39,445 nucleotides of DNA. Source: an archaeon UBA168 (GTDB lineage: Archaea > Thermoproteota > Thermoprotei_A > Marsarchaeales > UBA168). How positions within the stretch are numbered: position 1 is the stretch's first letter; each line of letters begins with the position of its first letter. The translations under genes were made by a program, and so were the position numbers. Location: the NCBI GenBank assembly GCA_002507085.1, contig DAYW01000010.1:47897-87341 (forward strand), in the 5' to 3' direction. Positions 1 through 8,150 of this stretch are shown one piece after another. The notes under the pieces were generated by a model. The model was not told the origin of the DNA. It did not search any database and was given only the letters and a program-made list of their open reading frames with translations.

Positions 1-763
1 GCTTAGGTTTTCGGGCCCGAAGCACGGGAAGCCCAAGCCTAGCCGCAACTTCAAGCACCTTCTGCCTTGTCCCTCCCTTAACTCCCTTCCAATCAAGTAA
101 AAAGGCGCTTGTGCTACCGTTGCCGGCAAGGGCTACGTTGATAGCCCTCTCGGGATCGTCCTCCTCCAGTATGGAGCCCTGCACTATGTGCCCGACCGCG
201 ACGTCGCTCGCGAGAACGTATTTGGTTATGTTCGGAGCGTAGTGAGGTCCTCCAAGTCCAAGCACTGGCCTAAACTGGCCCCAGTTTCCGCACCTTCTGA
301 TAACCTCGGCTATTCCCTCGGCCACCACCCTGGCATAGCTGCGCACCGACCACTGGGAGGGGCCGCTGCCAAGCTCAGCGAAGAAAGACGGCACCTTTAG
401 GTCAGACGGCCCGTGGTGAGTTACTTCGTAGGTCACTTGGAACTCGGGAGCGGCTAACCTCTTCATGGTTTCCAACGCGACGCGCATGGGCAACGGTGCC
501 GACTCCGATACCTCGTAGGGGGACCCGCCAAACAGCGCTTCGCTGCCGGGATTACCGCTAACGTGAACGGTAAACGAGGGAAGCTTACCCACGTGTTTAG
601 ACGCAAAGATCACGAGGTCTGTCTCCGGGACGTCCGAGCGACTCAGATCGATGAGATCCTTTTCTACGGCTACGATGGGCGCATATGGCATGACCGTCCG
701 CAGCTCAGACGAGATGTTAATGCCTGCCTCGTCCTTTGTAGAAAAAACCACAGCGCACCTCAT
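1..763 (-). CDS. dtdA: D-aminoacyl-tRNA deacylase (archaeal DTD2 type), 3' end runs off the window
   Basis: Not in the ORF track. Manual minus-strand translation from ATG 763 gives MRCAVVFSTKDEAGINI...IFASKH...FTVHVSGN...EVTHHGP...GLGGPHYAP...LLDWKG, the DtdA signature motifs. SD-like GGTGAGG at 775-781. Confidence 0.92.
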   Translation of the reverse strand, partial: MRCAVVFSTKDEAGINISSELRTVMPYAPIVAVEKDLIDLSRSDVPETDLVIFASKHVGKLPSFTVHVSGNPGSEALFGGSPYEVSESAPLPMRVALETMKRLAAPEFQVTYEVTHHGPSDLKVPSFFAELGSGPSQWSVRSYARVVAEGIAEVIRRCGNWGQFRPVLGLGGPHYAPNITKYVLASDVAVGHIVQGSILEEDDPERAINVALAGNGSTSAFLLDWKGVKGGTRQKVLEVAARLGLPVLRARKPK

Positions 764-845
764 GGAATTTTTCGCCTCACCAAAGAGCGAGGCCCAACGG
801 CCTCAGCAGCACGCAAGCCGCCGTAAACCCATTACTCATGCCGGC

Positions 846-2165
846 CTAAGCCCGCAGCTCCGGCGCCGCCATCCACTTCTCTATGTAGTGATCTGTCTTG
901 TTATTTGTTATGTCGTCTATGAAAGCAGGCATGGCGTCAAGGCGTTTGTTGATGAGCTCTTCGACCTCTTCTCTTATGGATTCAGCTGTAAGGCCAGGCC
1001 TCATGACTAGCTGCGCAGTAACGCTCTTGGGAGAGTTAACTGGACGCCCTATCTGGCTCACCATCCACACGTATACCTCCTCCAGTCCCTTCTCGAAGAA
1101 CTGGGAGTATATGTCGCGCGCCATGTCAAAGGAAAGTATGTTGTAAATCAAGCCCACATGGCTCACCGTGTTCTTACCGGCAGCCGCCTCGTTACTTGCG
1201 GGCCTGTTCAGCGATATTATCCCGTCAACCCTGTTGCCCCTGCCGACCTCACCGGAATCGGCGTCTTCAGCAGACGTGCCAGTAACCGTGAGATAAACGC
1301 CGTTGAGCCCTTTGCCTCTCCTGTCAAGCGCGTTGAGGGAGAACTCGAGCTCCTCCCCTTCAAGGAACTCGGACTTCACGTACTCCTCTATTTCGGACTT
1401 GAGCTTCTCCTTCTTGCTGAAGTAATCATCTTCGCTCTTGACGTATCTGTCGACGAAGGCAACCGCCGCGGTTATGTCGAATTTGTTCCTCTTCCTTATG
1501 GTCATCACCTTTATGTCCTCACCGACCTCCGGATGCTCCTGCTTGAAGCCCTTTGAGTTCAGGTGCCTCTCCAGTAGATACGTCATGCGCTCTGACTTCG
1601 TCAACGGAGCGTAACCAACCGTGGCCGATGTGTCGTTGGCCCTGGGAATCTCGCCCTTTTCGGAGTATCTTATGGTTGTGCTGTTCTTAACTTTCATGTT
1701 TTCGTTTAATATATACGAAAGCTCTTTGGATCCCTGCTCGATCTCCACCTGATAAACGATGTCGGAATCGGGATCAAGGATGGGATGAAGAGAGTTGAGG
1801 TTTTCCCTTATCCACTTCTTAGCCGAGGATATTCCTATCTCCCCGACGTCGATCGTCTCTTCTCCCGCGCTCCAAGTTGCCCTGTCTCCAAGTACAAGAA
1901 GCATTGGTTTTATGATCTTTCCTCCTCCCCAGTTCTGCTCAGCTCTGCCTGCCCTCAGGAACGCCTTATCCACGTTATAGTGGTAGATGTCGTTGAACTT
2001 TTTCCAATAAGCGGCCGCCAGCTGATGCGAAAACTCCTCAACAACGCCGTCGCATATGGTGTCAGGATGCCCTATCCCCTTCCTTTCTACCACCTCTAAC
2101 GGCTGAGCGTAAAGCGGAATCTGCTTTAGCTCCTCTATAAGCAGTTCATCACTCCCAGATGACAT
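846..2165 (-). CDS. mat: S-adenosylmethionine synthetase, archaeal type
   Basis: Motifs VERKGIGHPDTICD, HYNVDK, ANDTS, GEDIKVM, GTSAEDADSGEVGRGNR, EAAAGKN. Confidence 0.96.
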   Translation of the reverse strand: MSSGSDELLIEELKQIPLYAQPLEVVERKGIGHPDTICDGVVEEFSHQLAAAYWKKFNDIYHYNVDKAFLRAGRAEQNWGGGKIIKPMLLVLGDRATWSAGEETIDVGEIGISSAKKWIRENLNSLHPILDPDSDIVYQVEIEQGSKELSYILNENMKVKNSTTIRYSEKGEIPRANDTSATVGYAPLTKSERMTYLLERHLNSKGFKQEHPEVGEDIKVMTIRKRNKFDITAAVAFVDRYVKSEDDYFSKKEKLKSEIEEYVKSEFLEGEELEFSLNALDRRGKGLNGVYLTVTGTSAEDADSGEVGRGNRVDGIISLNRPASNEAAAGKNTVSHVGLIYNILSFDMARDIYSQFFEKGLEEVYVWMVSQIGRPVNSPKSVTAQLVMRPGLTAESIREEVEELINKRLDAMPAFIDDITNNKTDHYIEKWMAAPELRA

Positions 2166-2246
2166 GTTACTAGAAACAACGCCTACCTAAATAAATTTTT
2201 TTGTCGATAAATCGTCTAAAACGTAGCCGCTGTCGAAGCTTGAGCG

Positions 2247-2738
2247 CTAACGGCCCTCCGATCTCACCAAGGCGATCAAAGCTATCTCCGTGGCCGCGTT
2301 CAGGGGAAGGGAGCTAACGCCCACGGCATATCTGGAATGCTTTCCCCTTTCCCCGAAGACTTCAACAAGCAGATCAGAGGCGCCGTTGACCACCTTGGCC
2401 TGCTCGGTGAACTGGGGATCCGAGTTTACAAATCCCTCCACGCGAACTATTCCCCGCACGGCGTCAAGTGACCCTGCCGCCGCTTTGAGCACCGATAGGG
2501 CGTTAATTGCGCAAAGCCTGGCTGACTGAATGCCTTGATCAAGGGTTAGATCCCTCCCAACCTTACCCTTGTACTTTACGTTGCCGTTTTCCATCGGAAG
2601 CTGACCTGAAACGTATATTAAGCTTGAAAACTTCAAGTCCTCTTCCTTCAAGGCAAAGTAAGGCACGTAGCTGGCCAAGGCCGAGGGCGGCGCAGGCAGC
2701 GATAAACCAAGTTGGCGAAGCCTTTCCTCAACACTCAT
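2247..2738 (-). CDS. Rid (YjgF/YER057c/UK114) family protein, probable imine/enamine deaminase
   Basis: YVSGQLP, NGASDLLVEVFGERGKHSRYAVGVSSLPLNAATEI with the conserved Arg; 4-nt overlap with the polB1 stop. Confidence 0.9.
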   Translation of the reverse strand: MSVEERLRQLGLSLPAPPSALASYVPYFALKEEDLKFSSLIYVSGQLPMENGNVKYKGKVGRDLTLDQGIQSARLCAINALSVLKAAAGSLDAVRGIVRVEGFVNSDPQFTEQAKVVNGASDLLVEVFGERGKHSRYAVGVSSLPLNAATEIALIALVRSEGR

Positions 2739-5374
2739 AGAGAGGTAGCAGGGCCTCTTTTAACCATAGCGCCTCGCTTGAACTGTATAAAGGAGGAAAG
2801 ATCGGTAACGCCTATGATCTCGTCGAAGCTCAGGCCCAAGGCGTCCAGTATTTGCTCAAGAGTGCTCCTCAGGCTTTCTATGTACTTATCCAGGTCTATC
2901 TCATCCACGGACGCAAGCTCGGTGGGCTTTACCCCCTCTCCCCCCCTCACCTTAACGAACGATATCACCTCTCCGGGGCCAAGCGGCTTTCCGGTTACGG
3001 CAACGTACATACGCGCCGCTTTCACGTGCTGCGGGGTTGTCTTAGTATACGTCGAAAGGTTTTTGTTTAGCATGATGTTAAAGGAGACCTCCTCCAGGGA
3101 GAACTGCTTGCTCTTTATCCTGCTGTACACGTCCTTCACTATCTTCTTGATGTCCTGCTTAGCTGACTCGAACTCCTTTTCGTCCTTCACGTTGGCCAGC
3201 ACCTGAAGTATCTGGTTAAAGGCCTTCTTCACGATCTCTGGGGTATTCCTCTTCTTTCCCAAAAGCCCCTTGACATCTACCTGGCCCGAAGGCGTGACCC
3301 CAAGGTAGTTCTTCTTGAGCTCGGAGAAGACCACGTACCTGTACCTCTTGTCAACCTCAAGCCCTATCCTTAGCGTTTTTTCCGCCCATTGTGAAAGCTG
3401 ATCAAGTTGCTCCTCGGCGGGCTTGTAAAGGAAGACGCTATCGGTGTCGCCGTAAAGGACTCTAATGCCCATGTCCTGAGCCTTCTTGGTCGTCTGCGTA
3501 ATGGCGTACCTTCCCATGGCCGTGGTTGCCTCGGCCACCGATGGAGTGTAAAGCGGAAACGTCTCTGCTCCAAGAACTCCATATGAAGCGTTTATGAAAA
3601 CCTTCAAAGCCCTCTGTACGACGTCGTACCATACCTTTGCCTGAGGGTCTGTCGCCTCCTTGGCCTTCTTCTTAAACCACTTGATCCTGAAGTCCCTTAT
3701 GAGGCCCACATACGTGGAAAATATACCCTGCCAAATGGTGCACACCCAGTGATCGGTTCCCGGTATCTTGTTCGATCTGCACTGCGGGTGAGGGCAATCG
3801 ATCGTCTCGTAGGACAGGTTGTATTCCTTTATTATGGAAGGGTACAGCGAACCGAAGTCCATGACAGCCACGTCAAAGTAAACGCCCGTGGTTGGCTTGA
3901 TGACTATGGCTCCTTGGTACTTCTTGCCCTTTATGATCGCCTTGCTCTGAACAGTCCCCTTAACGGCCAGGTCGCTCTGATTGGGGATGAGGTAGTTCTT
4001 TTCGCGGTGCGCCGCGAAGATGGCGCTCCTTGTCCACCCGCTTATGCCAAGCCTCACGACCTCCTCGATGGAGAGCCTGGAGATCCTCATTATGAGAAAT
4101 ATCAGCTTCATGACCAAGGAGTCTTGAAACGTGGTGAGCTCAAGCGTGATCTCAGCGTCGTTGAAGTTGTAAGCTGCAAGTTGACCCGTCGTAAGCCCGT
4201 GCAGAGCAGGAGGGACAGCGATCTTTCCCTTCTTGAGTAATGCCTTCGTTATCTCGTCAAGCGTGAAACCCTTGTAGGCGCCTCCGAAGGCGTAAATCTG
4301 TATGGCGGCATTCTTAAAGAACTTGTAGAGGTCGAGATGCCACCCATTCATGACGTAAGCCTGATCTCTGCTCAGCGAGATGGGGATTTGATCCTTCCTA
4401 AAGCCGAGGTTGAGGGCACGGTGATAAAGGTAGCTGAGGTCGAAGTTATCCCCGTTGAAGGTCAGCAGAAGGGGATATTCTTCCATGGTCTTGAATGTCT
4501 TCCTGAGAAGCTCGGCCTCGTCATTGACTTGCTCAACCACAACGTCACGCGGGAGGTCTGCGGACTCTCCCCTCGGTAGTTCAGCCTCATCACGCATGAG
4601 AAGATAAACCACCTTTCTTCCATCGCTCCCTGAGAAGGCAGTGGATATAACCGCGAACTTTGCCTCCTCAGGATTTGGAACCAAGTTCTCTCTTGGCGTG
4701 TAAACCTCTATGTCAAGAGCTGCCCTCTTGACATCAGGAGCTGCGGATATGAGCAAGGGAAAGTACTTGAAAGCCTGAGCCACGTAATCCTCGGTCTCTC
4801 CCTCAAATATCCTTCTGAGTTGTGCCTCCTCATCTGGGGTGAGGTCGTTGGGATATGGCCTTATGCTCCCATCGTAAACCATGTAGGGCATGCCTGGCAG
4901 AAGGCCGTTGTCGTACGTGTAGCAGCTGGTGTACCTTATCTTCGCTTCCCAGACCCTTGGCAGCATTTCCCTGAAGGAGTTGGGCTTACCTCCTATGGCA
5001 AGCGGGTCGGTTGCCATTAGCTTGGTCAGCTGAAGGTACTCACCCGTTAAGGCGTTGTACTTCCTAACCCTTATGGCGTCCACGAACTCCTTGCTCTTGG
5101 CGATCTGAGGTATTTCCCTGATCTTATCTGGGGGCACGTCAGTTATGAGGTAAGGCTTGTGATTCGTCCGATCGTAGTAGGCGTAGACGTTTCCGTCTTC
5201 ATCCACGAGCTTCAGGTAAGCCTTGCCCTTTTGCGCGTCGTACTCCACGGAAAGCAGGTAAACTTTTTTTCCTTCGGGAGGCTCAGGTAAGGCCTCACCA
5301 TAACGCACGACTTCACCCTCTTCCTCCCTCTCCTCCTGTTCATAGACCTCTTCCTCTTCGGCCTCCTCTTCCAT
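2735..5374 (-). CDS. polB1: Family B DNA polymerase, PolB1 group
   Basis: Exonuclease motifs DIE, FNGDNFD, YNFNDA; polymerase motifs DFGSLYPSII, KVFINASYG, YGDTDS; PolB1-like HKPY, VWEAKIRY, CPHPQC/HWVC and KGLLGKKRNTP. Confidence 0.96.
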   Translation of the reverse strand: MEEEAEEEEVYEQEEREEEGEVVRYGEALPEPPEGKKVYLLSVEYDAQKGKAYLKLVDEDGNVYAYYDRTNHKPYLITDVPPDKIREIPQIAKSKEFVDAIRVRKYNALTGEYLQLTKLMATDPLAIGGKPNSFREMLPRVWEAKIRYTSCYTYDNGLLPGMPYMVYDGSIRPYPNDLTPDEEAQLRRIFEGETEDYVAQAFKYFPLLISAAPDVKRAALDIEVYTPRENLVPNPEEAKFAVISTAFSGSDGRKVVYLLMRDEAELPRGESADLPRDVVVEQVNDEAELLRKTFKTMEEYPLLLTFNGDNFDLSYLYHRALNLGFRKDQIPISLSRDQAYVMNGWHLDLYKFFKNAAIQIYAFGGAYKGFTLDEITKALLKKGKIAVPPALHGLTTGQLAAYNFNDAEITLELTTFQDSLVMKLIFLIMRISRLSIEEVVRLGISGWTRSAIFAAHREKNYLIPNQSDLAVKGTVQSKAIIKGKKYQGAIVIKPTTGVYFDVAVMDFGSLYPSIIKEYNLSYETIDCPHPQCRSNKIPGTDHWVCTIWQGIFSTYVGLIRDFRIKWFKKKAKEATDPQAKVWYDVVQRALKVFINASYGVLGAETFPLYTPSVAEATTAMGRYAITQTTKKAQDMGIRVLYGDTDSVFLYKPAEEQLDQLSQWAEKTLRIGLEVDKRYRYVVFSELKKNYLGVTPSGQVDVKGLLGKKRNTPEIVKKAFNQILQVLANVKDEKEFESAKQDIKKIVKDVYSRIKSKQFSLEEVSFNIMLNKNLSTYTKTTPQHVKAARMYVAVTGKPLGPGEVISFVKVRGGEGVKPTELASVDEIDLDKYIESLRSTLEQILDALGLSFDEIIGVTDLSSFIQFKRGAMVKRGPATSL

Positions 5375-5442
5375 AAGGTGGTTGGGGCATAGAAGATAAA
5401 CCTGACCTATGAAAAAACGGTCGAATCCGCGTCAAAGCAAAC

Positions 5443-6456
5443 CTACTTCTTGGGATCCCTTATACCCTGTGGCGTTATCTCGAACACCGCCTCGCCTTCA
5501 GGAAGGTAAGAGCTATCAACGAGGTGCGCTATTCTAAGACCTCCCTTGCTCCTTCTTAGGTTGATCCTGTTGTTTGGCCCATGCATCATTATATTGCCAC
5601 CGGCCGAAGTGTTCGGGTTGCCAAAGAAGACATCAGGCCTCGACATGATCTGGTTGGTGACAACTACCGCTATGTTGTAAACATCTGCCAGATTCGTGAG
5701 GTCATGAAGATGCCTGTTGAGCTTCTGCTGCCTGTCGGCCAGGTGCTCCCTTCCCTGGAACTGTTTCGAGCTCCTGAAGAAACCTATGACGCTGTCAACT
5801 ACTACGAGCTTCGTGTTCCACGCCTTTATCGTGTTATCAGGATCCATGAGTATTTTCTCAACGGTGGCCATCTGATCGTCTGTAGCCCGGGCCACGTACA
5901 CCCTTGTCCTCTTAAGCGCTTCATCCGGATCTAGACCCGCAGCCGCGGCAACCTCTCTAAACCTCTTAGGATTGAACGTCTTCTCCGAATCTATTATGAA
6001 CGGGTTCCCGTCCAATCCACCTTTCTCCTTTGGAAGCATCACGTTAACAGCAAGCTGTATGGCAAGCTGAGTTTTCCCCGATCCCCCTTCCCCGTAGAAC
6101 TCCGTGACCTCCCCGACGGGCACGCCCCCTCCGAGAAGGTCATCAAGGGCCGAGGAACCTGTGGTTATCTTTCCCCTGTTTTGAACCATCTTCTCAAGGT
6201 CGTCGGCGGTTATTATCTGTATGTTAAGCTTCTCCCGTGCCGAATTTATTATCTTATGACACATGGCAACGCTAAGGCCCGTTGCCGCGGACAGCTCCTC
6301 GGCGGAAGCGATTGAAAGACTTTCATAAGACGTATAATCGTTCTCATAAAGGCGGAGGGCTGTCGCCTCTCCAACTCCATCGAGCTCCATAAGCTTCTTG
6401 ATCACGGGGCTATCCTCAGGCACTTCTATGCCCTCGTCGCCTTCGTTCTCGCTCAT
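5443..6456 (-). CDS. radA: DNA repair and recombination protein RadA
   Basis: N-terminal HhH domain (LDGVGEATA), Walker A GEGGSGKT, Walker B VVVDS, RQQKLN, VTNQ. Start is ATG 6456 or GTG 6462. Confidence 0.93.
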   Translation of the reverse strand: MSENEGDEGIEVPEDSPVIKKLMELDGVGEATALRLYENDYTSYESLSIASAEELSAATGLSVAMCHKIINSAREKLNIQIITADDLEKMVQNRGKITTGSSALDDLLGGGVPVGEVTEFYGEGGSGKTQLAIQLAVNVMLPKEKGGLDGNPFIIDSEKTFNPKRFREVAAAAGLDPDEALKRTRVYVARATDDQMATVEKILMDPDNTIKAWNTKLVVVDSVIGFFRSSKQFQGREHLADRQQKLNRHLHDLTNLADVYNIAVVVTNQIMSRPDVFFGNPNTSAGGNIMMHGPNNRINLRRSKGGLRIAHLVDSSYLPEGEAVFEITPQGIRDPKK

Positions 6457-6544
6457 TTTCACTTAATATCACGTACTTGCTATTAAGGAATTATGGGGTC
6501 TACTGAAAGTGATGCTCGTGCTACCTGCTTCCTCGATCGCATGC

Positions 6545-6556
6545 AAAGCTTATATC
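6545..6556 (+). promoter_or_regulatory. BRE/TATA-like promoter of tRNA-Glu
   Basis: AAAGCTTATATC about 21-32 nt upstream of the tRNA 5' end. Confidence 0.6.
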
Positions 6557-6576
6557 GATACAGCTATTTTGAAATT

Positions 6577-6651
6577 GCCTCGGTGGTATAGCCCGGTCAA
6601 GTATGGCGGCCTCTCGAGCCGCAGACCCGAGTTCAAATCTCGGCCGAGGCA
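6577..6651 (+). tRNA. tRNA-Glu(CTC), no intron, CCA not encoded
   Basis: Cloverleaf: acceptor GCCTCGG/CCGAGGC, anticodon arm GCGGC-CT-CTC-GA-GCCGC, T arm CCGAG-TTCAAAT-CTCGG, discriminator A. Confidence 0.96.
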
Positions 6652-6735
6652 GCTCCCTTGATCTTTTACACATTCATGTGAGATAAAAAAGCGTGAAGTT
6701 TATTCGCCACCGGCTGATTTAAAGCGATCACAGCA

Positions 6736-7206
6736 GTGAGCGAAGACAAGGAACTAATAAGGGAGGTCGTCGAAAGGGCGGTCCAGGAGGGTATACCCCA
6801 GGAGATCGCAAGAGGGGTAGTCGAGGGTAACTGGGACGACTGGAAGAACGAGTTCAATCTAAAAGGCGATAAGGAAAAACTGATAGGCCTTATCGTTAAG
6901 GAAGTGAAAAAGATATACCTCAACGCCATAAGCTCTGATACCTACGCTGAAACATCAGAACAGCACAACCCCTATATGGAGCGCTTTCCCATAAGCTATT
7001 CCGGCAACGGACTTTCAAGAAAAACCATTGAGGGGCTCAACGCCATAGCTAAAGATCTCGATTACGAGTTAGGGCAGATCGCGTCGATGAGCAAGAGCGA
7101 ACTGCTGTCAAGGGTAAAAGAACTCATAAGCAAAGCAAAAGACATGGACAATGAGTACGCGGTCGAATGGCTCGAAAGCCTCATGGAACAACTGCTTAAC
7201 ACCTAA
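6736..7206 (+). CDS. Hypothetical protein, 156 aa, charged and probably helical
   Basis: Only long ORF in the interval, protein-like composition (E/K/L/I rich), followed by a T-tract; no family recognised. Confidence 0.7.
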   Translation: MSEDKELIREVVERAVQEGIPQEIARGVVEGNWDDWKNEFNLKGDKEKLIGLIVKEVKKIYLNAISSDTYAETSEQHNPYMERFPISYSGNGLSRKTIEGLNAIAKDLDYELGQIASMSKSELLSRVKELISKAKDMDNEYAVEWLESLMEQLLNT

Positions 7207-7264
7207 ACTTTTTATTACATAAAAGATAAGTAAAAGGTAAGCTAAACGCCAATATATAAAAATG

Positions 7265-7326
7265 CCCTCCGCCTGCGGAGGGAGATATCTAAGCTCCCCT
7301 AAACTTACGGGCCGAGGCGGAAGTTC
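7265..7326. mobile_element. Possible degenerate IS200/IS605-family end (subterminal hairpin region)
   Basis: Perfect hairpin CCCTCCGC-CT-GCGGAGGG (7265-7282) and a GC-rich AAGCTCCC...GGCGGAAGTTC segment about 90-150 nt upstream of the tnpB relic. Confidence 0.4.
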
Positions 7327-7413
7327 CTCCCCATGACAAGGGAATTGAAAGGCCCTTAAAAACTCCATTATAATTGCGCTTGCTTATCTATAGCGCGATA
7401 ACCTCTAAACGTC

Positions 7414-8120
7414 ATGGTTGCCGACTAGCAAAGGTCTATCCCAACGAGGCCCGGAAGGCAATGCTGGAGAAGCGCTTCGGCGCCCGAAATACCTTTACAG
7501 CCATATTTTGAAAGGGGATAAACACGGCATTCTCTTGCAAGCATGCTCAGAGATCATCCTCAAGCTGCCGGTACACTCAAGCGTGTTCGCAGGCCTCAAG
7601 AAACAGCACGCGACTTTATGAAATAAACTCCCAGTTCTCGCAAATGTCTGTGCGCTTATTTTTGCAGCGCCTTTTGATGCGTTCTTTTACGACAACGCCG
7701 ATCATCCCAAATTCAGGAATAGGGAAGGACAATTACTTCACGATCATCCGACATGTGAAAATAAAGGGAAACAGATTATACCCTCCAAAGTGCAATGAAG
7801 ACGCATAACTCAGGGAGGATCTGAACAAAACTGGCTCAGGTCACAAAATAGGGAAATGATAGCCACGAAAACCTGCATTATTACTGCTGCATAATTTACG
7901 ATAACGGCAAATAGCTGTCATAGGGGATAAGCGCTCTCCAATTGAGGGGGTCCGGGCATTGATCTTGGTGCATGAATGCTCGCAACTCTTTACGGCCTGG
8001 CGATATCTCAAGCCTGCGAAGATCGCTTAAGGCCCGCGCGGGCTGCTATATGGACAGAAGTCCGTTGCTAAGGCGGGAGACCTCGCCCGAAAGGGCAAAA
8101 TGACTCACATCCCCAAAGAA
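7414..8120 (+). pseudogene. tnpB: Decayed tnpB (IS200/IS605 family, IS1341-like); N-terminal half only
   Basis: Colinear fragments in shifting frames: KVYPNEARKAMLEKRFG (from 7431, HTH_OrfB), YLYSHIL, YEINSQ, DAFFYDNADHPKF, HVKIKGNRLYPPK, YYCCIIYDN, and GIDLG (7955-7969, RuvC-I) followed by an in-frame TGA. Right boundary is approximate. Confidence 0.85.
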
Positions 8121-8150
8121 GTTAAATGCTAACGCACAGTTATATATAAG

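Noticed and set aside
1-845. rRNA or non-coding look of the first 0.8 kb, and plus-strand ORFs 188-400, 563-826, 651-1010
   Set aside because: Explained by dtdA on the minus strand; the plus-strand ORFs are shadows.
2735-6462. Inteins in PolB1 or RadA
   Set aside because: Lengths are normal and the motifs contiguous; no intein termini seen.
7448-7461. GGCCCGGAAGG resembling SRP RNA helix 8
   Set aside because: Lies within tnpB-derived codons and lacks the surrounding SRP structure.
7200-8150. CRISPR array
   Set aside because: Only one repeat-like unit; the three GATCATCC copies (7552, 7700, 7742) are short, irregularly spaced and inside the tnpB relic.
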